Assembly (NCBI GenBank): GCA_963702005.1 | Contig: OY969696.1 | Location: 2,720,001 to 2,784,000 of the forward strand | Direction of reading: 5' to 3' | Length of the DNA: 64,000 bases | DNA from: Candidatus Aminicenantes bacterium | GTDB taxonomy: Bacteria > Acidobacteriota > Aminicenantia > Aminicenantales > JAFGBC01 | In this document: positions 38,921-48,816 of the stretch, one piece after another | How the letters are laid out: each line of letters begins with the position of its first letter | Position numbering within the stretch: position 1 is the stretch's first letter | Program-made: the position numbers and the translations under genes | The notes under the pieces: model-generated | What the model was told of the DNA's origin: nothing | Seen by the model: only the letters and a program-made list of their open reading frames with translations | Database searches by the model: none

Positions 38921-39274
38921 ATGATCGAGATCTTTCTTGTCTTCGCGGTGTTCGGGGCCCTGGGCGCGGTCATGCTGTCCCTCAACCGTCTCCTCGGACC
39001 CCGCCGGCCCGATCCGGCCAAGACCGGCCGGCCCTTCGAATGCGGCAGCCCCCCCCTCCAAGAGGGGATTCCCCCCGTTCCCGTCCCTTACTACGGCGCG
39101 GCCCTGCTCTTTCTGCTTTTCGACATCGAGGTCGTTTTCTTCTTTCCCTGGGCCCTCATCGTCCGCTCCATGACCGGAATCGCGCTCGCCGGAATGGCCG
39201 CCTTCGTCCTTCCGCTCGGCGCCGGCCTCGCCTTTGCCTGGAAGAAGGGCGGCTTGGACTGGAACGAACGCTGA
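38921..39274 (+). CDS. nuoA: NADH-quinone oxidoreductase subunit A
   Basis: PFECG; [16 protein letters not shown]; WKKGGLDW. Confidence 0.93.
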   Translation: MIEIFLVFAVFGALGAVMLSLNRLLGPRRPDPAKTGRPFECGSPPLQEGIPPVPVPYYGAALLFLLFDIEVVFFFPWALIVRSMTGIALAGMAAFVLPLGAGLAFAWKKGGLDWNER

Positions 39275-39278
39275 CGCC

Positions 39279-39746
39279 ATGAGCACGGCCTCGCCCTTCA
39301 ACATCGTCCTCGGCTGGGCCCGCAAGTTCTCGCTTTTTCACTATCCTTTCGTCACGGCCTGCTGCGGCATGGAATATATGTCGGCCGCCTGCGCCCATTT
39401 CGACCTCGACCGATTCGGGGCCGGCTTGACGCGCTTCTCGCCCCGCCAGGCGGACCTCTTGATCGTGGTCGGGACGGTCACCGAAAAGCTGGCTCCCGTC
39501 CTTAAGACGGTTTATGCTCAGATGCCCGAGCCCAAGTGGGTCATCGCCTTCGGCGCCTGCGCCGTAAGCGGCGGGATCTACGACAATTACGCCGTCATCC
39601 AGGGGATCGACACCGCCATCCCCGTCGACGTCTACATCCCCGGCTGTCCGCCCCGGCCCGAGACCGTCCTGGACGGCCTGCTTAAGCTCCAGGACAAAAT
39701 CCAGAACCAGGACCAGGATTGGCGATGGAAAAAGAGACGATCCTGA
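39279..39746 (+). CDS. nuoB: NADH-quinone oxidoreductase subunit B
   Basis: TACCGME; SPRQADL; [13 protein letters not shown]. Confidence 0.95.
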   Translation: MSTASPFNIVLGWARKFSLFHYPFVTACCGMEYMSAACAHFDLDRFGAGLTRFSPRQADLLIVVGTVTEKLAPVLKTVYAQMPEPKWVIAFGACAVSGGIYDNYAVIQGIDTAIPVDVYIPGCPPRPETVLDGLLKLQDKIQNQDQDWRWKKRRS

Positions 39747-40210
39747 GCGTGCTCCAGTCCGTCCTGGGAGACGGGGTCCTGAGCGCGACCGAGTCCCTGG
39801 GCATGCCCGTTCTCGTCATTCGGGCCGAGGCCCTCCTCCCGCTCGTCCGGGCCGTACGTGAGCATCCCGCTAACCTCGGGGTTCTCCTCGACCTGACCTG
39901 CTTGGACAATCCGGAAGCCCCCCAACGCTTCACCCTCGTCTACCATTTCGCTTCGTTCCTTTCGCGGGCCCGCCTCCGGATCAAGATCCCTCTGGACGGA
40001 TCCGAACCCGCCATCGATTCGCTGACGCCCTTCTGGCCCAACGCCGGCTGGCTGGAGCGCGAAGTCTACGATATGTTCGGAGTCCGCTTTCGCGGCCACT
40101 CGGGCTTGAAGCGGCTCCTTCTCTATGAGGGCTTCGAGGGACATCCCCTCCGCAAAGATTATCCGCTGCGCAGACACCAGCCCCGCGTCCCCGAGACGGA
40201 GAAGCCATGA
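39725..40210 (+). CDS. nuoC: NADH-quinone oxidoreductase subunit C
   Basis: [11 protein letters not shown]; GHPLRKDYP. Confidence 0.93.
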   Translation: MEKETILSVLQSVLGDGVLSATESLGMPVLVIRAEALLPLVRAVREHPANLGVLLDLTCLDNPEAPQRFTLVYHFASFLSRARLRIKIPLDGSEPAIDSLTPFWPNAGWLEREVYDMFGVRFRGHSGLKRLLLYEGFEGHPLRKDYPLRRHQPRVPETEKP

Positions 40211-41529
40211 CGACGCGGCTCCAGACCGAGGCCCGGCCGGAAAGCCTGCTCCTCAACATGGGGCCATCCCATCCGGCCATGCACGGGACGATCCGGATCA
40301 TGCTCGAGCTCGAGGGCGAGCGGGTCCGCAACGCCGAAGTCGAGGTCGGCTTCCTTCACCGCGGTTTCGAAAAGACCTGTGAGAACCGGACCTGGTTCAA
40401 CCTCCTGCCCTATACGGACCGCCTCAACTACGTCTCGCCCCTTCTCAACAACCTCGGCTACGCCCTGGCTGTCGAGAAGCTCGTCGGCGTCGAGGCGCCT
40501 GCCCGGGCCCAACTCATCCGCATCCTGATGGGCGAGCTGTCCCGGATCGCGGACCACCTGACCTGCATCGCCGCCATGGCCATGGAATGCGGGGCCTTCA
40601 CGGTCTTCCTTTATAATATCAAGGCCCGCGAATTCATCTGGGACGTCATCGAAGCCACGACCGGCGCCCGGATGACGACGTCCTACATCCGGATCGGAGG
40701 CGTCCGGTCCGACCTGTCTCCGGGCTGGGGGGAAGCCCTGGCTAAGGCCGCAACCGAGACGCGGAAAGTCCTCAAGGACGTCTCCGGCCTGCTCGATGCG
40801 AACCCGATCTTTCTTAAGCGGACGCGCGACATCGCCGTCATGACTCCGGAACGGGCCCTGGCCTACGGATGGAGCGGACCCTGCCTGCGTTCGACCGGGA
40901 TCGCCTACGACGTCCGCAGAGCCCATCCCTATCTTAGCTATGCCGATTTCGATTTCGAGATCCCGACCGGCGAGCGCGGCGACAATTACGACCGCTACCT
41001 GGTCCGGATGAAGGAGATGGAGCAGAGCCTCCGCATCATCGAGCAAGCCGCCGCGAAACTGAGCGGGACGCCGCCCGCGGTCAGGGCCGGGGGCATCGAG
41101 CCCTCCGCCGCCATCGAGACCTCACGGACCCGCCGGGAACGCCGCCCGATCCGGCTTTCGCCCAATCTCGAGGGGTCGGAGAAACCCGGCTACGGAGAGA
41201 TCCTCGCCGAGGGGCCCTGGGTGGTCCCGGCCAAAGAAGATGCCTACACGTCCATAGAAGGCTTGATCCGCCATTTTCAGTTTTTCATGAAGGGGCACGG
41301 AATCCGCCCGCCCAAGGGCGACGTCTACGGCGCGGTCGAGGGCGGGAACGGCGAGGTCGGATTCTACCTCGTCTCGGACGGGAGCGACACGCCCGCCCGG
41401 GTCCATCTGCGCGCCCCTTGCTTCCATCTCGTGGCCGCCTTGGAAGAGATGGTCCGCGGCCTGTACTTGGCCGATATTATTCCGACCTTCGGGTCTCTGA
41501 ACATGATAGGCGGAGAGCTCGACCGATGA
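40207..41529 (+). CDS. nuoD: NADH-quinone oxidoreductase subunit D
   Basis: NMGPSHPAMHG; LHRGFEK; DRLNY; GELDR. Confidence 0.95.
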   Translation: MTTRLQTEARPESLLLNMGPSHPAMHGTIRIMLELEGERVRNAEVEVGFLHRGFEKTCENRTWFNLLPYTDRLNYVSPLLNNLGYALAVEKLVGVEAPARAQLIRILMGELSRIADHLTCIAAMAMECGAFTVFLYNIKAREFIWDVIEATTGARMTTSYIRIGGVRSDLSPGWGEALAKAATETRKVLKDVSGLLDANPIFLKRTRDIAVMTPERALAYGWSGPCLRSTGIAYDVRRAHPYLSYADFDFEIPTGERGDNYDRYLVRMKEMEQSLRIIEQAAAKLSGTPPAVRAGGIEPSAAIETSRTRRERRPIRLSPNLEGSEKPGYGEILAEGPWVVPAKEDAYTSIEGLIRHFQFFMKGHGIRPPKGDVYGAVEGGNGEVGFYLVSDGSDTPARVHLRAPCFHLVAALEEMVRGLYLADIIPTFGSLNMIGGELDR

Positions 41530-42005
41530 CGAAGACCTGGGACGAGACTATAGCGAGGCGGATCGAGGATGCGGCCGCCCGCTACCCGCGCCGGGAGTCC
41601 GCCCTTTTACCCGCCCTCCACATCGTCCAGGAGACGTTCGGATTCGTCCCTCCGGAGAGCGAAATCCGGGTCGCGGAACTCCTGGGGATCCCCGCCCTGA
41701 GGGTCCGGGAAGCCGTGACCTTTTATTCCCTGTTCGTGCGGAGGCCGCTGGGACGGCACCGGATCCAAGTCTGTCGCAACCTGAGCTGCACACTCCTGGG
41801 CGGCACCCGAATCCTCGACCACCTCCGGCGCAGGCTTAGCCTTAAGCCGGGTGAGACGTCCGCCGACGGACTCTTCACCCTGGAGACGGTCGAATGCTTG
41901 GGCCGCTGTGACGAGTCGCCCGGCTTGATGCTCGACGATCATTTTCACGGTTCCTTGTCCGAGGACAAGATCGACCGGCTCCTCGCTTCGCTGGAGAAGG
42001 ATTGA
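41526..42005 (+). CDS. nuoE: NADH-quinone oxidoreductase subunit E
   Basis: VTFYSLF; VCRNLSC; VECLGRC. Confidence 0.92.
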   Translation: MTKTWDETIARRIEDAAARYPRRESALLPALHIVQETFGFVPPESEIRVAELLGIPALRVREAVTFYSLFVRRPLGRHRIQVCRNLSCTLLGGTRILDHLRRRLSLKPGETSADGLFTLETVECLGRCDESPGLMLDDHFHGSLSEDKIDRLLASLEKD

Positions 42006-42007
42006 CC

Positions 42008-43273
42008 ATGGCCGACCTGATCCTGACGTCCGGATTCGAGGACAGCGGCCTTCACCGCATCGACGCCTATCTCGCCCGAGGCGGATATCAGGCCGCCGCC
42101 AAAGCTCTCCGGACGATGACCCCCCGGCAGGTCCTCGAAGAAGTCCAAAAAGCGCAGCTGCGGGGCAGGGGAGGGGCGGGTTTCCCGGCCGGGCTCAAGT
42201 GGAGCTTCGTCAAACCGGTTTCGGGCCGTCCGAACTACCTCTGCGTCAACGCCGACGAGGGCGAACCCGGGACTTTCAAGGACGGATCGCTCCTCCGCCG
42301 CAATCCCCATCTCCTTCTCGAGGGGATGGTGATCGCATCCTTCGCCGCAGGGATTGAAACGGGCTTCGTCTACATCCGCGGAGAATACGAGGATGCGGCC
42401 CGGCGGCTCGAGGAGGCCGCGGCCGAAGCGAGATCGCGCGGCTATCTCGGGCCGGATATCCTCGGAACCGGGCACGGCCTCGATGTCATTATCCACCGCG
42501 GAGCCGGTTCCTATATCTGCGGCGAGGAAACGGCCCTCCTCGAATCCCTCGAAGGGAAACGAGGATTTCCCCGGCTCAAGCCGCCCTTTCCGGCCGCGAT
42601 CGGGCTGTACGGATCCCCGACGGTCATCAACAACGTCGAGACGCTCGCCAATATTCCGGCCGTCATCGTCCTGGGAGCGGAGGCCTTTCTGAAGCTGGGG
42701 CTCGCCAAGGACGGCGGGACGCGACTCTTTTCCGTGAGCGGACACGTCAGAAGGCCCGGCCTCTACGAGTGCCCGCTGGGGACGTCTCTCCGCGATCTCA
42801 TCTTCGAGCGGGCGGGCGGGATAGCCGAGGGCCGGCGACTCAAGGCCGTCATCCCGGGCGGGCTGTCGGCCCCGATTCTCAGGGCCGACGAAATTGACAT
42901 CGCGCTGGATTTCGATTCCCTGGCCGCGGTTCGCTCCATGCTCGGGTCGGCCGCCGTCATCGTCATCGACGAGACGACTCCCATGCTCGAGGTCCTGGCG
43001 GCCGTCGTCCGCTTCTTCGCTCACGAATCCTGCGGCCAGTGCACGCCCTGCCGGATCGGGACCTCGTGGCTGGAGCGGATCGTGGAGCGGATGACCGCCG
43101 GCGCCGGCACGGCCGAGGATCCGGATGAGCTCCTGCGGATCGCCCGCGCGATGCAGGGAAAGACGCTCTGCCCGATGGGCGACGCGGCGGCGCTGCCCGT
43201 CCTCGCCCTCGTCACTAAGTTCCGCGCGGAGCTCCTGGCCCCCGCCGCCGGGTCGCGGACCGGAGGCGCCTGA
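42008..43273 (+). CDS. nuoF: NADH-quinone oxidoreductase subunit F
   Basis: LRGRGGAGFP; NADEGEPGTFKD; YICGEET; ESCGQCTPCR. Confidence 0.95.
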   Translation: MADLILTSGFEDSGLHRIDAYLARGGYQAAAKALRTMTPRQVLEEVQKAQLRGRGGAGFPAGLKWSFVKPVSGRPNYLCVNADEGEPGTFKDGSLLRRNPHLLLEGMVIASFAAGIETGFVYIRGEYEDAARRLEEAAAEARSRGYLGPDILGTGHGLDVIIHRGAGSYICGEETALLESLEGKRGFPRLKPPFPAAIGLYGSPTVINNVETLANIPAVIVLGAEAFLKLGLAKDGGTRLFSVSGHVRRPGLYECPLGTSLRDLIFERAGGIAEGRRLKAVIPGGLSAPILRADEIDIALDFDSLAAVRSMLGSAAVIVIDETTPMLEVLAAVVRFFAHESCGQCTPCRIGTSWLERIVERMTAGAGTAEDPDELLRIARAMQGKTLCPMGDAAALPVLALVTKFRAELLAPAAGSRTGGA

Positions 43274-43275
43274 TC

Positions 43276-44823
43276 ATGCCCAAAATCGTCGTCGACGGGA
43301 TCACGATCGCGGCCGCCGAAGGGGAGACCATCCTCAAGGCCGCCAAGGGGGCCGGCATCGCCATCCCTCATTTCTGTTTCCACCCGGCCTTCCCGCCCGA
43401 GGGGAGTTGCCGGATGTGCGTCATCGAGGTCGAGGGATGCTCCAAGCTCGAGCTCGCCTGCGCGACCGAAGCCAAAGAGGGGATGATCGTCCGGACCGGA
43501 ACGGATCGGGTCCGTGAAGCCCGGCGGGCCGTCCTCGAATTCCTGCTGACCGAGCATCCCCTCGATTGTCCCGTCTGCGATAAGGCCGGAGAGTGCAGGC
43601 TTCAGGATTATTTTCAGGAGCACGGCCTCGGCCCATCCCGCTTCAACGAAGCCAAGACCAAGCGGGCCAAGCTCGTTCCGATCGGAAACGGCCTCCTCCT
43701 CGACCGTGAGCGCTGCATCCTCTGCACAAGATGCGTCCGGTTCCTGGACCGGGTCACCCGGACGCGGGAACTCGGAGTTTTCGAACGGGGGAACCGTTCG
43801 GAAGTCGGAACCCTGGAGGACCGGCCTGTGGCGACGAACTACGCCGGGAACCTCGTCGACGTCTGCCCGGTCGGCGCGATCACGGACCTTGATTTCCGGT
43901 TCACGACCCGGGCTTGGTTCCTCAAGCCGGTCGCATCGTTCTGCCCTCTCTGCGGACGAGGCTGTGAGGTCTGGATCGACGAGCACCCCGGGTTCGCCCG
44001 GACCGCCCGGGCTAAGCGGATCTTCCGGGTTCGTCCCAAGGAGAATCCGGATCGCAACGGTCCCTGGCTCTGCGATACGGGCCGCCGGGCGTTCAGCAGC
44101 CTCGACCGGAATCGAACTGACAAAGTCCTTTGCAACGAAGGCGGCCGGAAGACGATCCTGAGCTGGGACAAGGCGCTTCTCTGGGCCGGCCGCAAGCTCG
44201 CCGAGCTCTCCACGAAGGGCCGGTCGAACCGTATCGCGGTCGTCCTCAACTCCTTCCTTTCCAATGAAGAGCTCTACCTAGCCGGGCGGTTCTTCAGGGA
44301 TTCGCTCCAGGTCGGATACCTGGCCTTCCTGGATCCCCCGCTGGGGATCCCCGACGGATTCCTGCTGACGTCCCGACGGAGTCCCAACCGGCGGGGAGCC
44401 CGCGAGCTCGGCTTCGACCTGGCGCCTCCGGACTGGGACAGGATCGCCGCTACAGCCGAACTCCTCCTCCTTTTCGCGCATCCCTGCCTGGAGGTCGCGG
44501 CCGAGGATCCGATCCACAAGGCCTGGAGCGGCGTTCGGACCAGGATCCTCCTCACGCCCAGAACGTGCGGACTCGAGGCCGGGGCGGACTTGATTCTCCC
44601 GACCGCGCTCACGGCCGAAAAGGCCGGCTCCTGGACGGACATCGCCGGATCGGCGCGCGTTTTCGAGCCCGTCCTCGAGACGCCGGGTGATGGAGTCGCC
44701 GAGTGGCGGATCTTGGCCGGCCTGGCCCAAGAACTCCGGCTCGAGGGTCTGGCCGGGCTGGAGTCGTTCGCTCGGGTCCGGACGGAACTCGTGCGGGCCC
44801 ATCCTTGCTTCGAGGCGATCTGA
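43276..44823 (+). CDS. nuoG: NADH-quinone oxidoreductase subunit G (short form, 515 aa)
   Basis: IPHFCFH; CRMC; HPLDCPVCDKAGEC; CILCTRCVRF. Confidence 0.9.
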   Translation: MPKIVVDGITIAAAEGETILKAAKGAGIAIPHFCFHPAFPPEGSCRMCVIEVEGCSKLELACATEAKEGMIVRTGTDRVREARRAVLEFLLTEHPLDCPVCDKAGECRLQDYFQEHGLGPSRFNEAKTKRAKLVPIGNGLLLDRERCILCTRCVRFLDRVTRTRELGVFERGNRSEVGTLEDRPVATNYAGNLVDVCPVGAITDLDFRFTTRAWFLKPVASFCPLCGRGCEVWIDEHPGFARTARAKRIFRVRPKENPDRNGPWLCDTGRRAFSSLDRNRTDKVLCNEGGRKTILSWDKALLWAGRKLAELSTKGRSNRIAVVLNSFLSNEELYLAGRFFRDSLQVGYLAFLDPPLGIPDGFLLTSRRSPNRRGARELGFDLAPPDWDRIAATAELLLLFAHPCLEVAAEDPIHKAWSGVRTRILLTPRTCGLEAGADLILPTALTAEKAGSWTDIAGSARVFEPVLETPGDGVAEWRILAGLAQELRLEGLAGLESFARVRTELVRAHPCFEAI

Positions 44824-45899
44824 TGGACATCGGAATTGTCCTGGCTAAGATCGTCGCGGCCCTCGTCTGGTTCCTGACCTTAACGCTTTGGCTGACTTGG
44901 GTCGAGAGGAAGGAGAGCGCCGTTATCCAGGACCGGATCGGAGCCAATCGCGCGTCCATCCTGGGAGTCCGCGTATTCGGACTTTTCCAGCCTCTGGCCG
45001 ACGCCGTCAAGATGATTTTCAAGGAGGATTTCGTCCCGGCTTTTTCCAGTAAGCTCCTTCACGCCCTGGCGCCGTTCTTGTCCTTTTTCTTCGTCGCCGT
45101 CACGATCACGGCGGTCCCCTTCGGCGACAGCCTCCGGATAGCCGGCCGGACCGTCGCCCTCCAGGTCGTCGACGTTTCGGTCGGACTCGTCTTTATCCTG
45201 GCCATGCTGTCGATGGGCATCTACGGCATCCTCCTCAGCGGATGGGCGTCGCGGAACCGCTTCTCGCTCCTGGGGGCGATGCGGGGAGCCGCTCAGCTCA
45301 TCTCCTACGAAGTCGCCCTCGGGTTCTCGCTGGTCGGCCTGGTCATGGTCTTTCCCTCTCTCCGCCTCTCAGACATCGTCCATTTCCAGGGCGGCCTCCT
45401 GTTCGGCTTCCTGCCGCGCTGGGGCGTTTTTCTGCAGCCCTTGGGATTCGTCCTGTTTTTCATCGCCGCCCTGGCCGAGACGAAGCGCGTCCCGTTTGAC
45501 CTGCCCGAGGGAGAGTCGGAGATCATCGGCTTCTTCACCGAATACGGAGGCCTCAAGTGGGGCCTGTTCATGATGACGGACTTCATGGAAGTCATCGTCA
45601 TGTCGGCCCTGATGACGACCCTTTTCTTCGGGGGATGGCAGGTCCCCTGGCTGGGCCCCGCCGGCTTCAGTTTCCCCTGGGGCGGGGAGTGGCTGTTGCC
45701 CCGCGGGATCGTCGTCGCCCTCCAGGTCTCGGCTTTCAACCTCAAGGTCGCATTCGGCTGCTGGCTGCAGGTCCTCATCCGCTGGACCTATCCGCGCCTT
45801 CGCTACGATCAGCTCATGGACTTAGGCTGGAAGATCCTCGTCCCGCTCGGCTTCGTCAACATCGGGCTGACGGCCGTCCTGATCGGAGTCCTGGGATGA
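44823..45899 (+). CDS. nuoH: NADH-quinone oxidoreductase subunit H
   Basis: ERK..QDRIG; QPLADAVK; PFDLPEGESE; PRLRYDQLM. Confidence 0.95.
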   Translation: MDIGIVLAKIVAALVWFLTLTLWLTWVERKESAVIQDRIGANRASILGVRVFGLFQPLADAVKMIFKEDFVPAFSSKLLHALAPFLSFFFVAVTITAVPFGDSLRIAGRTVALQVVDVSVGLVFILAMLSMGIYGILLSGWASRNRFSLLGAMRGAAQLISYEVALGFSLVGLVMVFPSLRLSDIVHFQGGLLFGFLPRWGVFLQPLGFVLFFIAALAETKRVPFDLPEGESEIIGFFTEYGGLKWGLFMMTDFMEVIVMSALMTTLFFGGWQVPWLGPAGFSFPWGGEWLLPRGIVVALQVSAFNLKVAFGCWLQVLIRWTYPRLRYDQLMDLGWKILVPLGFVNIGLTAVLIGVLG

Positions 45900-46377
45900 C
45901 CGTGAAGGAGACCGCCCGTTTCGCGTTCGAGGTCCTGCGGGGGGAGCGATCACGGCCCGCCATTTCGCCGTCAACATGGCTTTCCACATTTTCCGCGCCC
46001 TCGGAATCAGAACCCGGCGGCCGGGCGCCGTCACCATCCAGTATCCGGAGGCGCGAAAACCGGTCGCCGGCCGCCACCGGAGCCTTCACCGGCTCATGAC
46101 CCGCCCCGACGGACGGCCGCGCTGCGTCGCCTGCATGCTGTGCGTGACGGTTTGTCCCTCGGAATGCATCTCGATCGAGGCCGGCGAAGATCCCGATCCC
46201 GAAATTCAGAAGGCGCCGGCCCGGTTCGCGATCGACCTCAGCCGCTGCTGCTTTTGCGGGTTCTGTGTCGAAGCCTGTCCCGAAGACGCCATCCGCATGG
46301 ACACGGGAGTCCTGGAATCGAGCCGGCTCGGCCGCGCCGACCTTAAGGTCGAGCTGTGGCCGAATCGCAAGGACTGA
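45896..46377 (+). CDS. nuoI: NADH-quinone oxidoreductase subunit I, apparent one-base loss in the G-run at 45939-45944
   Basis: TIQYPE; CVACMLCVTVCP; CCFCGFCVEACP; ATG 45896 overlaps the nuoH stop and joins the main frame only with one more base. Confidence 0.85.
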
Positions 46378-46429
46378 GCCCCCCGGTCCGCCGGGCGGGA
46401 ATCGGGGTTACATTCGTTCGCTTCGCGGA

Positions 46430-46457
46430 TTGACATTCGACGGCCGAAGATTATAAT
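46430..46457 (+). promoter_or_regulatory. Consensus sigma70 promoter of malic enzyme
   Basis: TTGACA-N16-TATAAT. Confidence 0.75.
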
Positions 46458-46496
46458 ACTCTTTCTATTTTTTATCTGCGAAGGAGATCGAACGTT

Positions 46497-47846
46497 ATGA
46501 AAAAAGTTACCGTCGAAGAGTTGCTGGCCAAGGCCGAACAGCCATCGAAAGACGCCCCCCGGCTTCATTCCTTCTACAAGGGCAAGGTCGGCGTCAGCAT
46601 CAAGTGCCGCGTCCGCGACTTCAACGACTTTGCCATTTGGTACACGCCCGGCGTCGCGGCCGTCTGCAAGGAGATCGCGGCCGACAAGCAAAAAGCTTAC
46701 GAATACACCAATAAATGGAACAACGTGGCCGTCATCAGCGACGGCACCCGCGTCCTCGGGCTCGGCGACATCGGTCCCGAGGCCGGCCTGCCGGTCATGG
46801 AAGGCAAGGGGCTGCTCTATAAATACCTGGGCGGCGTCGACGCCTTCCCGATCTGCCTGGACGAAAAAGACGCCGATAAGATCATCGAGATCTGCAAGGC
46901 CCTCCAGCCCTCCTTCGGCGGCTTCAACCTGGAGGACATTTCCCAGCCCAAGTGCTTCAAGATCCTCGACACTCTCCGCGCCGAATGCGAGATTCCTGTC
47001 TGGCACGACGACCAGCAGGGAACGGCCTGCGTCACGGTCGCCGGCCTGGTCAACGCCCTCAAGATCGTCAAGAAGGACATCCGCCAAGTCAAGGTGACCG
47101 TGGTCGGGTCCGGCGCCTCGGGCATCAACATCGCGCGCCTGATCATGGCCGCCGGGGCCAACCCCGCGAACATGCTCTCGGTCGACTCCAAGGGGATTCT
47201 CTCGCGCGACCGCGCCGATCGGGACAACCTCCAGGCTAAGTTCAAGGAGAAGTGGGACATCTGCATGCGGACCAACCCGAAGTGCAAGCAGGGCCAGATT
47301 CCCGACGCCATCAAGGGCGTCGATGTCCTCATCTGCTGCTCGACGCCCGGGCCGGGGACCATCAAACCGGAGTGGATCAAGACCATGGCCAAGGACTCCA
47401 TCGTATTCGCCGAAGCCAACCCCATTCCCGAGATCTGGCCGTGGGAAGCCAAGGAAGCCGGCGCCCGGGTCGTGGCCACCGGCCGCTCCGATTTCCCCAA
47501 CCAGGTCAACAATTCCCTCGGCTTCCCGGGCATCTTCCGCGGCGCCCTCGACGTCCGGGCTAAAACGATCACGGACGAAATGTGCATCGCCGCTGCCCTC
47601 GAGCTGGCCAAGGTCGCCGAGGACAAGGGCATCAGCGAGGACTATATCGTCCCCAACATGGACGAATGGGAGGTCTTCCCGCGCGAGGCGGTGGCCGTCG
47701 GCAGCAAGGCCATCGAACAGGGCGTCGCCCGCTTCAACTTCCCGGCCGATGTCCGTTTCAAGATGGCCGAGGAGACGATCCGCAAGGCCCGCACCGAAGT
47801 CCAGTGGATGATGAAGGAAAAGTTCATCCTCGACCCCGATAAATGA
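46497..47846 (+). CDS. NAD(P)-dependent malic enzyme
   Basis: YTPGVA; DGTRVLGLGDIG; NLEDI; HDDQQGT; TGRSDFPNQVNN. Confidence 0.95.
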   Translation: MKKVTVEELLAKAEQPSKDAPRLHSFYKGKVGVSIKCRVRDFNDFAIWYTPGVAAVCKEIAADKQKAYEYTNKWNNVAVISDGTRVLGLGDIGPEAGLPVMEGKGLLYKYLGGVDAFPICLDEKDADKIIEICKALQPSFGGFNLEDISQPKCFKILDTLRAECEIPVWHDDQQGTACVTVAGLVNALKIVKKDIRQVKVTVVGSGASGINIARLIMAAGANPANMLSVDSKGILSRDRADRDNLQAKFKEKWDICMRTNPKCKQGQIPDAIKGVDVLICCSTPGPGTIKPEWIKTMAKDSIVFAEANPIPEIWPWEAKEAGARVVATGRSDFPNQVNNSLGFPGIFRGALDVRAKTITDEMCIAAALELAKVAEDKGISEDYIVPNMDEWEVFPREAVAVGSKAIEQGVARFNFPADVRFKMAEETIRKARTEVQWMMKEKFILDPDK

Positions 47847-48203
47847 TCAGAGCCATAGGCCGCTCCCTTCCTTGACAAGGAAGGGGGGGTGTGTTATATA
47901 GACACTCATTACGAAGGATAGGTGCAAGAACCGACATGACGACGACAGGTCGAAGCTCACATCGCGCCGGCGAGGTGGGCTCTTCTTCCTGGGGAGATGA
48001 TCTAGCCCCGCCTTAGCCGTTCACCGACGAATCCCGCCTTAACGAAAGACCCGGCCCGCCCCCGAGGCGAGAGCCCGGGCGTAGTCGAAGGTTCAGTCGG
48101 AGAAGGGATGGAGGTGAGAATGGCCCAGAGGCCGCAAACAGCCACAAAATTTAAAATGTTCTCTATTCCCATTCCCATCAAACACTACCAAAAAGGAGGT
48201 AAC

Positions 48204-48803
48204 ATGAAACGTTTGATGAAACATCTGGCACTGGCTTTGACGGTTGCGATCCTGTTCGTGAGCTGCGCCAAACAGCCGACCCAGGAGCTCAACAATGCCA
48301 AGGCCGCGATCGAGGCCGTCGTCGCCGAGAAAGGCGATGTCTACGCCCCGGACGAGGTGAAGAAGCTCAATGACGATCTCCAGGCCGCCAACGACGAAAT
48401 CGCCGCCCAGAGCAAGAAGTTCTTCAAGAAGTACGGCACGGCCAAAGAGATGCTGGTCAAGCTCGTAACCGACGCCGACGCCGTCAAGGGGCTCATCCCG
48501 GCCCGGATCGAAGAGGCCAAGAACAACGCCCTGACCGCCCAGAACGAGGCCAAAGCGGCCGTTGACGAGGCTAAGGCCCTTCTCGAGAAAGCCCCCAAGG
48601 GCAAGGGCACCAAGGCCGACATCGAGGCCATGAAGGCCGACCTGACCGCCGCCGAGACCGCCTTGGCCGAGATCCAGACCGCGCTCGACGCCCAGGACTA
48701 CTTTGGCGCCAAGGACAAGGCCGTCTCCATTAAGGACAAGGCCGCGGCCATCAGCGAGCAGGTCAATCAGGCCATCGCCAAGGTCAAGGGCAAGAAGAAG
48801 TAA
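48204..48803 (+). CDS. Ala/Lys-rich helical lipoprotein
   Basis: AAGGAGGT RBS; FVSC lipobox; two internal helical repeats; ends KGKKK. Confidence 0.8.
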   Translation: MKRLMKHLALALTVAILFVSCAKQPTQELNNAKAAIEAVVAEKGDVYAPDEVKKLNDDLQAANDEIAAQSKKFFKKYGTAKEMLVKLVTDADAVKGLIPARIEEAKNNALTAQNEAKAAVDEAKALLEKAPKGKGTKADIEAMKADLTAAETALAEIQTALDAQDYFGAKDKAVSIKDKAAAISEQVNQAIAKVKGKKK

Positions 48804-48816
48804 CGAACTCGAAGCC

